From the NCBI GenBank assembly GCA_965261395.1, contig OZ253462.1, positions 1,856,001-1,920,000 of the forward strand: a stretch of 64,000 nt of DNA. The letters run 5' to 3'. Source of the DNA: Candidatus Latescibacterota bacterium (lineage in GTDB: Bacteria > Latescibacterota > UBA2968 > UBA8231). A program made the position numbers and the translations under genes. This document shows, piece after piece, positions 20,061 through 29,415 of the stretch; position 1 is the first letter of the stretch, and the number at the start of each line of letters is the position of its first letter. The notes beneath the pieces were generated by a model. The model had not been told where the DNA came from. It was given only the letters and a program-made list of their open reading frames with translations, and made no database searches.

Positions 20061-21476
20061 ATGGACAAGGCCCAGCTAGCGGTCATCGGCGGCGGCCCGG
20101 GCGGCTACGTCGCCGCCTTTAAGGCCGCGGACTTGGGGTTGGATGTCGCCCTGATCGATCCCGAAGCCCATCCAGGCGGCGTCTGCCTCTACCGAGGCTG
20201 CATTCCCTCCAAGGCCCTCCTGCACATTTCCAAGCTCCTCTACGAAGCCAAGGAAGCCGAGCACTGGGGCATCCAATTCGCCGCGCCTGAGATCAACCTC
20301 CCCAAGTTGCGCAGTTGGAAGGACGAAGTCGTCGCCAAGATGACGCAGGGCTTGGGTCAACTCGTCAGGGCGCGCAAGCTGACCTACGTACAGGGGCGCG
20401 CCCGCTTCCTCGACCCCAACACCCTGCAAATCGACAAAGCCGACAGCAGCCAAGGCACCTTGCAGTTTGAGCACGCCATCCTCGCCACTGGGTCGCGGCC
20501 AGCCGTGCCGGCCCTCTTCGACCAGCCGAGCGACCGCATCATGGATTCGACCGCAGCCGTCGCACTCGGCGACATACCTTCTTCCATGCTCGTCGTCGGC
20601 GGCGGCATCATCGGCATGGAGTTGGGACAGGTTTACGCGGCGCTGGGGACCCAGGTTTCGGTCGTCGAAATGCTCCCCGGGCTGATCCCCCCGGCCGACC
20701 GCGACTTGGTCAAACCGCTGCACAACAAGGCCGCCGAGCGATTTGACGACATCATGCTCAACACCCAAGTGACCGCGCTCGCAGAAATCGACGATGGCTT
20801 AGAGGTACACTTACAGAACAGCGACGGCCAGAGCTTTTCCAAGACCTACGCCAAAATCCTGCTCGCCGTGGGCCGGGTTCCCAACAGCGAAGACTTGGGT
20901 TTGGAACGCACTGCCGTCGGCCTCGACGAGCGCGGCTACGTCCAAGTCGATGACCAACTGCGCACGGCCGAGTCTTCGATTTTTGCCATTGGCGACCTCG
21001 TAGGCGCGGCCCTCGCCCACACGGCTGCCCACCAAGGGAGCCTAGCCGCCGAGGTCGCGGCCGGCCACGACAAACAGGTCTTCGCGCCCCACGCCATTCC
21101 CAACGTCGTCTATACCGACCCGGAAATCGCTTGGTGCGGCCTCACCGAGGAGGAGGCCAAAAAGCAGGGCCGCGCGGTCGCGGTCGCGCGCTTCCCTTGG
21201 TCAGCTTCCGGCCGCGCCGCGACCCAAGGCACGAGCGATGGCCTCACCAAGCTGCTCATCGACCCCCAGACCGACCGGGTCCTAGGCGTGGGCATTGCCG
21301 GCAGCGGCGCGGGTGAGCTGATCGCCGAGGGCGTCCTAGCCGTGGAAATGGCTGCGCTCGCAGCCGATGTCCAGCTTTCGATCCACCCCCATCCCACGCT
21401 CTCCGAAACCCTCATGGAAGCGGCCGAAAGCCACTACGGCCAAAGCGCGCACCTCTACGCGCCCAAACGCCGCTGA
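20061..21476 (+). CDS. lpdA: Dihydrolipoamide dehydrogenase E3
   Basis: GGGPGGY, GGVCLYRGCIPSK, IHPHPTLSE. Confidence 0.96.
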   Translation: MDKAQLAVIGGGPGGYVAAFKAADLGLDVALIDPEAHPGGVCLYRGCIPSKALLHISKLLYEAKEAEHWGIQFAAPEINLPKLRSWKDEVVAKMTQGLGQLVRARKLTYVQGRARFLDPNTLQIDKADSSQGTLQFEHAILATGSRPAVPALFDQPSDRIMDSTAAVALGDIPSSMLVVGGGIIGMELGQVYAALGTQVSVVEMLPGLIPPADRDLVKPLHNKAAERFDDIMLNTQVTALAEIDDGLEVHLQNSDGQSFSKTYAKILLAVGRVPNSEDLGLERTAVGLDERGYVQVDDQLRTAESSIFAIGDLVGAALAHTAAHQGSLAAEVAAGHDKQVFAPHAIPNVVYTDPEIAWCGLTEEEAKKQGRAVAVARFPWSASGRAATQGTSDGLTKLLIDPQTDRVLGVGIAGSGAGELIAEGVLAVEMAALAADVQLSIHPHPTLSETLMEAAESHYGQSAHLYAPKRR

Positions 21477-22168
21477 AGCACGACCTCCAGCGCCCTAAGG
21501 TGAGCCTCTGCTCGCACTGCTAGCGGCCATTCGCTCGGCGTTTCGCTGATCAGCGCGTGTTCGGTGTGGTGCGCGTACAAGTAGGGCGCCAACCCAGCCT
21601 CGCCCCACTCTGGATCAATGAGGAAGACGCCTGCGGCAATCACTTTGTCGTTTTCGCCGGACTCTCCGTCAATGGGCATCACCGCGCGCACTTGCTCGAC
21701 AATGGCCGGCCCGAGCCACTGCTCGTCGCGCTTGGCCTCATAGCAGTAAAACCCCGATGCCTCCCAGTCCTCGTGAAAGTCCAGCGCGCAATCAAAGCGC
21801 CGACCGCTCAGCAATGCCTTGACCTGCGCGACGAGCGGGACCGCATCGCCGCCAAACTCTCGATTGCAATCCAAGCCGGATTCGTTCTCGCGGGTATTGT
21901 GGACATAGCCGTGCGGATTGAGGCAGGGCAAGATCAGGAACTGACAACGCTGGACGAGGCGCGGACTCAACCCCTCGGCAAAGCGCAGCGCGGCTTCTGG
22001 CCCAGCCGGCTCGTCCCCGTGCAACCCGGCCGCCAGCAGGATTCGCGCCTCAGTACCGCTCCCTAACGCTAGGGCGTAAACCGGATATCCACCGCATTCA
22101 GCCACTAGCTGTGTCGGCCCCACTGCCTGCAGGCGGTGCAGCAGACTAGCATAATCGCGCTTCTTCAT
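21455..22168 (-). CDS. M14-family zinc metallocarboxypeptidase / desuccinylase-like protein
   Basis: GLHGDEPAG, NPHG..NTREN..DCNR, LDFHED, ETP. Confidence 0.8.
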   Translation of the reverse strand: MKKRDYASLLHRLQAVGPTQLVAECGGYPVYALALGSGTEARILLAAGLHGDEPAGPEAALRFAEGLSPRLVQRCQFLILPCLNPHGYVHNTRENESGLDCNREFGGDAVPLVAQVKALLSGRRFDCALDFHEDWEASGFYCYEAKRDEQWLGPAIVEQVRAVMPIDGESGENDKVIAAGVFLIDPEWGEAGLAPYLYAHHTEHALISETPSEWPLAVRAEAHLRALEVVLQRRLGA

Positions 22169-22296
22169 TTTGCATGGCCCTCCTTGGCCCTATTTTCCGC
22201 TTGGCCCCCTGTGATACTATTGTATTTTTAAGGGAAGGATGCGCCGCTAGCGCGTCCGAATGACCACCCACCTCAAACCACGATAAGACCAATCCA

Positions 22297-24441
22297 ATGA
22301 CCGACAAAGCCAAATGGGCTTGGACAACGCTGTGCCTGAGCCTGCTGGTCCTACTGCCAGCAGTTTATTTCTACTTTTCGGATCTCCCTGAGACACCCTC
22401 CGAGCCTCACCCCAAGGCCCCCACGCCGGAGCCGCCTAGCCCCATTGCCATGTTGATCGCCGAGGACCGCTGCGACCTCGCCTATCCCCAACTCACTGCG
22501 ATAGACACGATCCAACACGAGCCGACCGCTCAAGCGCACCTCGAGTTCCAGCGGGCGTTTTGCGAGCGCATGCTCAAAGAGCCAAGCCGCGCGTATGATC
22601 GTTTGCGCGATCTCGACCTACCGGCCTTGGACGACTACCGCCGCTTCTGGATGGCTTGTTCTCTAGAGGACATGGACCAGACGCACGAGGCCATCGCCGA
22701 GTACGAAAACTTTCTAGCGACTTCGACCAACCCGATCCTCCGCAACCCGGCCAGCATGCGCTTGGCCTCCCTCTACCGGACCGCCGGCCAACCCGCCAAG
22801 GCCCTCGCCCTGTACGAGGGGCAGCTCGCACAAAACGCCGATCCAGCGCGGGTCCTCTACTTGCTCGCAACCACCAGCCAAAAACACGACTCGGCGCGGG
22901 CGCAAAAGTGGCGTTTAGAACTGCTGGAAAAACACCCCCACTCCAAGCACGCCCGCAATAGTCTGTCGCACCTGCCTAAGAAGCTCGACGCCCGCACGGC
23001 TTATGCCAAGGCCCACACCTACTACAGCCACAAGCAGTACAACCAAGCCATCAAGAGCTTTCGGCACTTCGTCCGCGAGCACAGCAGCGACCAGCGCGTT
23101 GCCCAAGCGCACTTCATGCTTGGCCGGGCCCACCTGTCTGCGGGACACTATACCAAGGCCGAGCAGGTTTTTCGCACGGTTCACGAGCGCTACGGCAGCC
23201 CGGCGGCCCTTTATCGCATCGCCAGTCTCTCTGTCCGCAAAGACCGCGAAGACAAGGCCATTGCGGCCTATGCGAGCTTTGCCAAGCGCTACCCCCAGCA
23301 CGACTTGGCCGACGACGCCCTGTGGCAGGCCGCCAAAGCCGCCGAGCGCAACAGCCAATTCGCCCACGCCGAAACGCTCTATCGCCGCCTAGCCGAGCAC
23401 TACCCGCAAACCGATTACGGCGACGAAGCGCGTTGGAGCGTCGGTTTCGCGCTCTATTGCCAAGAGCAATACGCCGAAGCCCTCGCCGCTTTTGAGCGCG
23501 CGAGTCAGCAGGCGCGCCAGGTCCACCTCATCGACCAATCCCTGTACTGGGCTGGGAAGAGCGCGGACCGGCTAGGTCAGACAGAGGCCGCCACCGCGTT
23601 CTATCGCCGCGCTGCCGCTGGATTTCCCCGCTCTTACTACTCGGCCCGCGCCGTCCAGTTGGGCCATAGAGAGCAGGTTCAACTCAAGGGGCGACCCGCA
23701 GACAACCCCCGGCAAGACGACGTCCCCGCGCTAGCGCACAGGGCACACCTCGAACGCGCTGGCTTGCTAAATCAATTGGGGCTAAGGGATTGGTCGGCAG
23801 CCGAGATGGAGCAAGCCGTCAGCGACTACAAGGGCCAGAAGGCCGCGCTAAAGGCCATCCGCGACTACTATGAGGCGCTTGGCTTTCGCGACCAAGCCAT
23901 GCGACTGTCGATGCGCCTTTTTGATGGGAACGACCCAGAGGAACTGTCGCGCATTTACCCGACTTACTACTGGGAAGAGATTGCTGCGGCCGCAGCCGAG
24001 GCTCAAATCGACCCTTATCTGGTGCTGTCGGTAATTCGCCAAGAGAGCACATTTAACGAAAAAGCGGTGTCGCGGGCGGGTGCCAGGGGCCTGATGCAGA
24101 TCATGCCCCACACCGGCCTCAACCTCGCGCGGAGGTTGGAGGTGAAACCCTTTGAGCTGCGCGCGCTCTTCGACCCAGCCGTCTCCATCCGCTTGGGCAG
24201 TTACTTTCTCGGCGACCAAATGCGCCAATTCACAGCCGGCGCGGGCGCGGATTTGGGCTTTGAACTGGGCTTGGCCGCGTACAACGCCGGCCCGCACAAC
24301 GCCCGTCGGTGGCTCAAGAGCTTTCCCTCCGAGGACCCGGACGCCTTCGTCGAGCGCATTCCCTTCAAGGAGACCCGCCTCTACGTCAAGCTAGTCCTCA
24401 AAAACTACGCCATTTACAAGGCCCTATCCGATGACGCCTGA
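22297..24441 (+). CDS. TPR-repeat soluble lytic transglycosylase
   Basis: N-terminal TM, TPR-like helices, IRQES, GARGLMQIMP, AAYNAGP, ETRLYV. Confidence 0.9.
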   Translation: MTDKAKWAWTTLCLSLLVLLPAVYFYFSDLPETPSEPHPKAPTPEPPSPIAMLIAEDRCDLAYPQLTAIDTIQHEPTAQAHLEFQRAFCERMLKEPSRAYDRLRDLDLPALDDYRRFWMACSLEDMDQTHEAIAEYENFLATSTNPILRNPASMRLASLYRTAGQPAKALALYEGQLAQNADPARVLYLLATTSQKHDSARAQKWRLELLEKHPHSKHARNSLSHLPKKLDARTAYAKAHTYYSHKQYNQAIKSFRHFVREHSSDQRVAQAHFMLGRAHLSAGHYTKAEQVFRTVHERYGSPAALYRIASLSVRKDREDKAIAAYASFAKRYPQHDLADDALWQAAKAAERNSQFAHAETLYRRLAEHYPQTDYGDEARWSVGFALYCQEQYAEALAAFERASQQARQVHLIDQSLYWAGKSADRLGQTEAATAFYRRAAAGFPRSYYSARAVQLGHREQVQLKGRPADNPRQDDVPALAHRAHLERAGLLNQLGLRDWSAAEMEQAVSDYKGQKAALKAIRDYYEALGFRDQAMRLSMRLFDGNDPEELSRIYPTYYWEEIAAAAAEAQIDPYLVLSVIRQESTFNEKAVSRAGARGLMQIMPHTGLNLARRLEVKPFELRALFDPAVSIRLGSYFLGDQMRQFTAGAGADLGFELGLAAYNAGPHNARRWLKSFPSEDPDAFVERIPFKETRLYVKLVLKNYAIYKALSDDA

Positions 24442-24709
24442 ACAAGAAGAGCAGCGCGAAAAAAGACACAAGCTGATCGAAGACCTTTTCATCTTGATCT
24501 GCATCGTCAGCCTCTGGCCTGTGGTGCTAGGCTGGACCGAACCGATCTATCAGTACTTGCTCTATGCGGCACTGGCGGGCTTGGTCTTCATTTTCGTGCG
24601 TCGCATCCGCCGCTTCCACGCCGCGCGTGACGCCCTAAGCGATACCGAGACCGGCCCGCAGATAGACCCCGCTCCCAAGCGCGACGGTGATGATCATTCG
24701 CAAAATTGA
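24431..24709 (+). CDS. Small 2-TM hypothetical membrane protein
   Basis: Overlaps the slt stop; two hydrophobic helices. Confidence 0.65.
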   Translation: MTPEQEEQREKRHKLIEDLFILICIVSLWPVVLGWTEPIYQYLLYAALAGLVFIFVRRIRRFHAARDALSDTETGPQIDPAPKRDGDDHSQN

Positions 24710-24763
24710 GCTTGGGACGCGGTACAGTTCCAAGCACCACGCGCTAGTAAGCAGAGGATACAA

Positions 24764-25147
24764 ATGTCGGTCACACAAGAAAACCCGCGAAAAATCCACA
24801 AAGACTATTCGCGCCGGATTGAAGTACTGCGCAGCGACGCCGAGGACGATGGCTTTGTATTGGACGAGGCGTCCGAAAAAGATTTTTGGCAGTATATCAG
24901 GTCAGTACCCTTCGCACAAAAAGCAGGGCTGGTACTTGTGGACAATGGAAATCTACGTGCCGTTTGGAAAGGCGATGATGAGAGTCACCTTGGAATTCAG
25001 TTTCTTGGCAACCAATGGGTGGAATATGTCATTTTCAACCGCCGTCCAAGCACCAGTGACGTTGCGCGAGTGGCCGGCCGCGACACGCTTGATGGGGTAA
25101 AAAGACAGATTGATGCTTTCGACCTCACATCACTGATAGGCGCATGA
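24764..25147 (+). CDS. Hypothetical protein on a lower-GC islet
   Basis: RBS GAGGA, 127-aa ORF with atypical composition. Confidence 0.6.
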   Translation: MSVTQENPRKIHKDYSRRIEVLRSDAEDDGFVLDEASEKDFWQYIRSVPFAQKAGLVLVDNGNLRAVWKGDDESHLGIQFLGNQWVEYVIFNRRPSTSDVARVAGRDTLDGVKRQIDAFDLTSLIGA

Positions 25148-25218
25148 ACGGAAACGACCTTCCCGACAATGACCACGTCGTCCACTATGTCAAGCCGACT
25201 CACCCCAAGCCGCGCTGA
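25144..25218 (+). pseudogene. Truncated remnant of a translationally coupled partner gene (MNGNDLPDNDHVVHYVKPTHPKPR*)
   Basis: ATGA overlap with the 24764 gene; stops after 24 codons, followed immediately by palindrome TCGGCGATC-T-GATCGCCGA (25219-25237). Confidence 0.4.
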
Positions 25219-25288
25219 TCGGCGATCTGATCGCCGAGTGCATACAAGCCATTCATCCGGCAATAATTGATGACTAGACGAAAGCGTT

Positions 25289-26191
25289 TCACCGCCTCCG
25301 TCCCAGCCGCTCCAACGCCAAAACCAGCACAACGCCCACGGCAATCAGCCCCAAGCTGAGCCAAACCTCGCCGTTGAATTCCCGCGGCCACGCGCATTCG
25401 TAGCGCCCGTCCTCCAGCTCGTTGCGGAACGGCCACACCTTGCGCAGGGAACCCAACATCAATCCCACCAACAAGGCCATAGTGCCAGCGCGAAAGCGGC
25501 TCAGCAAATGCTTGAGTAGCCGCGAAAAGCCCAGCAGACCGACGACCGCCCCAACGCCAAAAAGAGCCAAGATCGCCCAATCGAACTCGTGTACCGCGGT
25601 CAAAACCTGCTGGTATTTGCCCATGACCACCAGCAGAAACGAGCCGCTAATCCCCGGCAGAATCATCGCGCAGATGGCCACCATGCCAGCCAGCGCGAAC
25701 TTGTAGCCCTCGACCCCGGTCTCGACCGGCACCAACATAGTGATGGCATAGCCAATCACGGCACCGAGAGCCGTCAGCCTCCACTGCGCCATCCTCCATC
25801 CGGCGACCTGCCGAGCGACCACGAGCGTGCTAGCCAAGATCAATCCGGTGAAAAAGCCCCACACAGGCTGGGGGTGCGTTGCCAGCAACATGGTTATGAA
25901 CTTGGCCAGCGAGGCAATGGCCAAGCCCACGCCGCACAGCAGCGGTACTAGAAAGGGGGCATTGATTCGCTGCAACACCTCGATCAAGCGCCCCCGCACC
26001 AAGGCACTCACGAGCCGTTGATCGACTGCGGCAATAGTCCCGACCAACTCGTCGTAAATGCCCGTGACCAAGGCGATCGTCCCCCCGGAAACCCCAGGAA
26101 TCACATCGGCCGCGCCCATGCACAGCCCGCGCAAAACCAGCCCAGGTGCGCGGCGTCGGCCCTCGGCTAGCAACTCACTTTCTTTCACCAA
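25289..26191 (-). CDS. DUF368 family membrane protein
   Basis: GLCMGAADVIPGVSGGTIAL, CAMILPGISGS. Confidence 0.92.
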   Translation of the reverse strand: MVKESELLAEGRRRAPGLVLRGLCMGAADVIPGVSGGTIALVTGIYDELVGTIAAVDQRLVSALVRGRLIEVLQRINAPFLVPLLCGVGLAIASLAKFITMLLATHPQPVWGFFTGLILASTLVVARQVAGWRMAQWRLTALGAVIGYAITMLVPVETGVEGYKFALAGMVAICAMILPGISGSFLLVVMGKYQQVLTAVHEFDWAILALFGVGAVVGLLGFSRLLKHLLSRFRAGTMALLVGLMLGSLRKVWPFRNELEDGRYECAWPREFNGEVWLSLGLIAVGVVLVLALERLGRRR

Positions 26192-27302
26192 ACAGCTCCA
26201 TTTGCTGTGTGTGTTCGCGCATGAACTCCACGATCAGGCGATCGGCCCGCGGCAGGGCGAAGTCATCCAAAGCTTCCGGCGCGATCCAGCGCCAAGCAGC
26301 GCAGCCCAGCGCTTGAGGGGTGCCGCATACATAGCGGGCGGCAAACGCGTGTAAGGTGATGCTGAAATGCGAATAGGCGTGGTCCACGCTCGTCAGACGC
26401 GCATCCACCTCGATCTCAATGCCCAATTCTTCGCGGATCTCGCGCACCAAGCATTCGGGCAGGGTCTCGCCGGCCTCCTGCTTGCCCCCGGGAAACTCCC
26501 ACAGGCCGCCGAGCATCCCCTCGGCCGGCCGCTGGGCGATTAGCAGCTCGTCGCCCTTGCTAATCAAGCCAGCCGCCACCTGATAATGCGGCTTCTGTTT
26601 CTTGGGGGTCTTGCGCGGCAGGGAGGCCGGGTCGTCCAGCTCGGCCTTGGCCCGACACCAGCCGCCGACTGGACACGTCGGACAGGAAGGGCTTTGCGGC
26701 GTGCAGATCCTCGACCCTAACTCCATCATCGCCTGATTGAAGTCGCCGGCCTCGCCTCGAGCCAACAAGGTCTCCCCAGCGGCGATGAGCCGCGCCTTGA
26801 CTTGGGCGCGGGTCGGCTCTTCCTCAATCCGCAACAAGCGGCAGAGCACGCGAGTCACATTGCCGTCGAGCACCGGGTGATCGCGGTCGAAGGCAATGCT
26901 GCTGACGGCCGCAGCCGTGTATTGGCCAACTCCAGGCAGCTCGATCAGCTCTTGGTACGTATCCGGTATGCGGCCTCCCAACTCAAAGGCCATGCGCTTG
27001 GCCGCCTTGTGCATGTTGCGCGCCCGCGCATAGTAGCCCAAGCCCTCCCAGACCTTGAGCACTTGGTCCTCGGCAGCAGCGGCTAGCGATTGAAGGGTGG
27101 GGAATGCGCGGATAAAACGATCGAAATACGGGGCCATCTGATCCACCCGGGTCTGTTGCAACATGACCTCGGATACCCAGACGTGATAGGGATTGCCGCT
27201 GTCGCGCCAGCTCGTCTGCCGCTTGTTTTGGCGATACCAAGCCAAGAGTCGAGCGCGGAAGGCGCTGAGCGCGTCTTGGTCGTCGAGCAAGACGCGGCTC
27301 AA
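26175..27302 (-). CDS. mutY: A/G-specific adenine glycosylase with C-terminal Nudix (MutT) domain
   Basis: WVSEVMLQQT, WEGLGYYARARN, LPGVGQYTA, CxxxxxxCxxCxxxxxC Fe-S, intact Nudix box; TTG start at 27302 inferred. Confidence 0.93.
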   Translation of the reverse strand: MSRVLLDDQDALSAFRARLLAWYRQNKRQTSWRDSGNPYHVWVSEVMLQQTRVDQMAPYFDRFIRAFPTLQSLAAAAEDQVLKVWEGLGYYARARNMHKAAKRMAFELGGRIPDTYQELIELPGVGQYTAAAVSSIAFDRDHPVLDGNVTRVLCRLLRIEEEPTRAQVKARLIAAGETLLARGEAGDFNQAMMELGSRICTPQSPSCPTCPVGGWCRAKAELDDPASLPRKTPKKQKPHYQVAAGLISKGDELLIAQRPAEGMLGGLWEFPGGKQEAGETLPECLVREIREELGIEIEVDARLTSVDHAYSHFSITLHAFAARYVCGTPQALGCAAWRWIAPEALDDFALPRADRLIVEFMREHTQQMELFGERK

Positions 27303-28282
27303 CCGTCCCCTTCTTCCGGCCAGCCCGTCTGCGGCATGGCTTTGAGATCCCCGACGGTCTCGGCGGCCAAGAGGGCATCGACGACCGCACTCTCGGCGGC
27401 AGCAGCGGCAGCGGCAAAGAGCGGGTAGAGCCTTTCTTCGTCCACCATCCTCACAAGTGCGGCCGGGCCTTGGCGTTCCTCTTGGACAATACCTGTGGTG
27501 GAAAAGGCGAGGACGAGGCCCTCGCGCGTATGCGGATTCCACAAGCCCGTCCGCGCCAGCCCTAGCGCGGCGCGACCAGCCAAACGCTCTAATTGACGCG
27601 GGATTAAGGGCGCGTCCGTGGCCACGACCGCAGCAAAAGTCTGCGGTCCCCCTGCCCCCTCGCCCACCGGCAGGATGCGACCGCCCAAACTCAGCTCGCG
27701 TCCCCCATTGACCGCAGCCAGCACCCCCAGCGCGTATTCGCCAGCCCGGCGCGAAGCCGTGCCAATGCCGCCTTTGTAGCCAAAAGCCTGCAACCCACCG
27801 CCGACTCCAGCATTACCTCTAGGCACCGCGCTGCCAGCGCTGGCCAACGCCTCGTCTGCGTGGGCGTGTGTCAGGACCTTGCGGACGAGCATGGGGTCGT
27901 TGACAGCCGTATCGTCAATCCCCACGACCACCGGTGGCCAGCCAGCCACGGTCGATAGCCCGGTGTCGCGGCCCAAGCTGTGGCGGATTAGGGACTCGTA
28001 CACCCGGCCGACGACCGGGGCCGGGGCCAGGACAATGGGCGAGGAAAAAGTGCCGAAGTCTTCGGCGACCCCAAGGCCGCTCATAGCGTCGCCGCCGTCT
28101 ATGGAGAAGCGACCGATAAACAGCTTGCGCTCGGCCACTGCGGCCGGATACGGGACGATGGCGGTAAGGCCGGTGTGCAGGTCGGATGTGCGGATGTTCA
28201 CGTGGCCCACGCTGACTCCAGCCACATCGACAATGGCGTTGTGCGGTCCCGCCGCATCGCCTGCCGGGCGCGAGCGATTCAT
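27299..28282 (-). CDS. P1/DmpA-family peptidase-like protein (divergent)
   Basis: GPHNAIVDVAGVSVGH, KGGIGTASR, VATDAPL; start at MNRSR overlaps the upstream paralogue's stop. Confidence 0.8.
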   Translation of the reverse strand: MNRSRPAGDAAGPHNAIVDVAGVSVGHVNIRTSDLHTGLTAIVPYPAAVAERKLFIGRFSIDGGDAMSGLGVAEDFGTFSSPIVLAPAPVVGRVYESLIRHSLGRDTGLSTVAGWPPVVVGIDDTAVNDPMLVRKVLTHAHADEALASAGSAVPRGNAGVGGGLQAFGYKGGIGTASRRAGEYALGVLAAVNGGRELSLGGRILPVGEGAGGPQTFAAVVATDAPLIPRQLERLAGRAALGLARTGLWNPHTREGLVLAFSTTGIVQEERQGPAALVRMVDEERLYPLFAAAAAAAESAVVDALLAAETVGDLKAMPQTGWPEEGDG

Positions 28283-29415
28283 TTGAGCCGGCCGTGTGCG
28301 CGCATAATTTCGACCAAGCGGTCCAGCGGCAGGGCGTGGATAGTATTGCCAGCGCGGCCAGTCATGGTATGGGCCGTAGTCAGCGCATTGAGAATGGCTT
28401 CCTCCGTGGCCTCGACTACCCCCTGGAACAAACTCGAAATCCAGCGGTCGGCCAGCATCGCGAGCGCATCCGACGGCTCGGGAGAAGCCGTAGAAAAGGC
28501 CAGCAAGAGGTCGCCGCTGCCGTGGGTGGAGATCGCCCCCGTGCGCGCCATGCCCAAAGCCACTCGCTTGCACACGCGCTGGAGCTGGCTTGGGAGCAAC
28601 GGCGCGTCCGTAGCTACCGCCGCGATCATGGACTTGCTCTTGCCGCCGCGCGCAGGCATTAGGTCGGTGATCTCCCGGCCCACCGGGACGCCATCGACGC
28701 GCAGTTGGGGCCGCCGGCCAAAATTCGCCTGCACCAGCACACCCACGGTATAGAGCTGATCGCCGCAGGGGATTTTGCGCGACGCCGTGCCAATACCGGC
28801 CTTAAAGCTATAGGCCCGCATCCCGGTGCCGCCGCCAACGCAGCCTTCGGCTACCGGCCCGCCGCGCGCTGCGTCGAGAGCCGCGGCCGCATGTGCGGGC
28901 TGCACGTGCCGCCCGGTCTCGTCGTGGAGAAACGCAGCCCATGTCTCGCCAACTATGGGCGCGGGTTGTAAAGCGCTTTTGAACAGGTCGGGATCGCGCG
29001 CCAGCATCCACTCCACTGCCCCATCGTACACTGCGCCGACGCTGGACGTGTTGGTAAAAAGGACTGGGCCAGCCAACAGGCCCGTGCGGCGCATGGAGCC
29101 TACCCCCATCAGTTCGCCATTGCCGTTGAGCGTAAAATCCGCGGCAAACGCGGGCGTGCGCGGCACAATTGCCGTCACGCCGGTGCGCACCGGACCCCCA
29201 TCCTCAATCAGCGTCACATGGCCGACCCGGACGCCCTCGACATCGGTGATGGCGTTATAGGGTCCGGTCGCCAACTCGCCAATGACAATGCCCAGTTCGC
29301 GTAGGCGCACTCGCTCCGGCCGCACGGGCGTGGCGCGGCCCAACGCAGGCCACACAGCCGCGCTTAAACCCAAGCCGAGAAAGGTCCGGCGGTCCATGTC
29401 AGAGCGCTTGGACAA
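28279..29415 (-). CDS. P1/DmpA-family (L-aminopeptidase/D-amidase) peptidase with Tat signal
   Basis: DRRTFL Tat motif, GPYNAITDV, NGNGE, EGCVGGGTGM, HGSGD. Confidence 0.9.
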   Translation of the reverse strand: MSKRSDMDRRTFLGLGLSAAVWPALGRATPVRPERVRLRELGIVIGELATGPYNAITDVEGVRVGHVTLIEDGGPVRTGVTAIVPRTPAFAADFTLNGNGELMGVGSMRRTGLLAGPVLFTNTSSVGAVYDGAVEWMLARDPDLFKSALQPAPIVGETWAAFLHDETGRHVQPAHAAAALDAARGGPVAEGCVGGGTGMRAYSFKAGIGTASRKIPCGDQLYTVGVLVQANFGRRPQLRVDGVPVGREITDLMPARGGKSKSMIAAVATDAPLLPSQLQRVCKRVALGMARTGAISTHGSGDLLLAFSTASPEPSDALAMLADRWISSLFQGVVEATEEAILNALTTAHTMTGRAGNTIHALPLDRLVEIMRAHGRLK

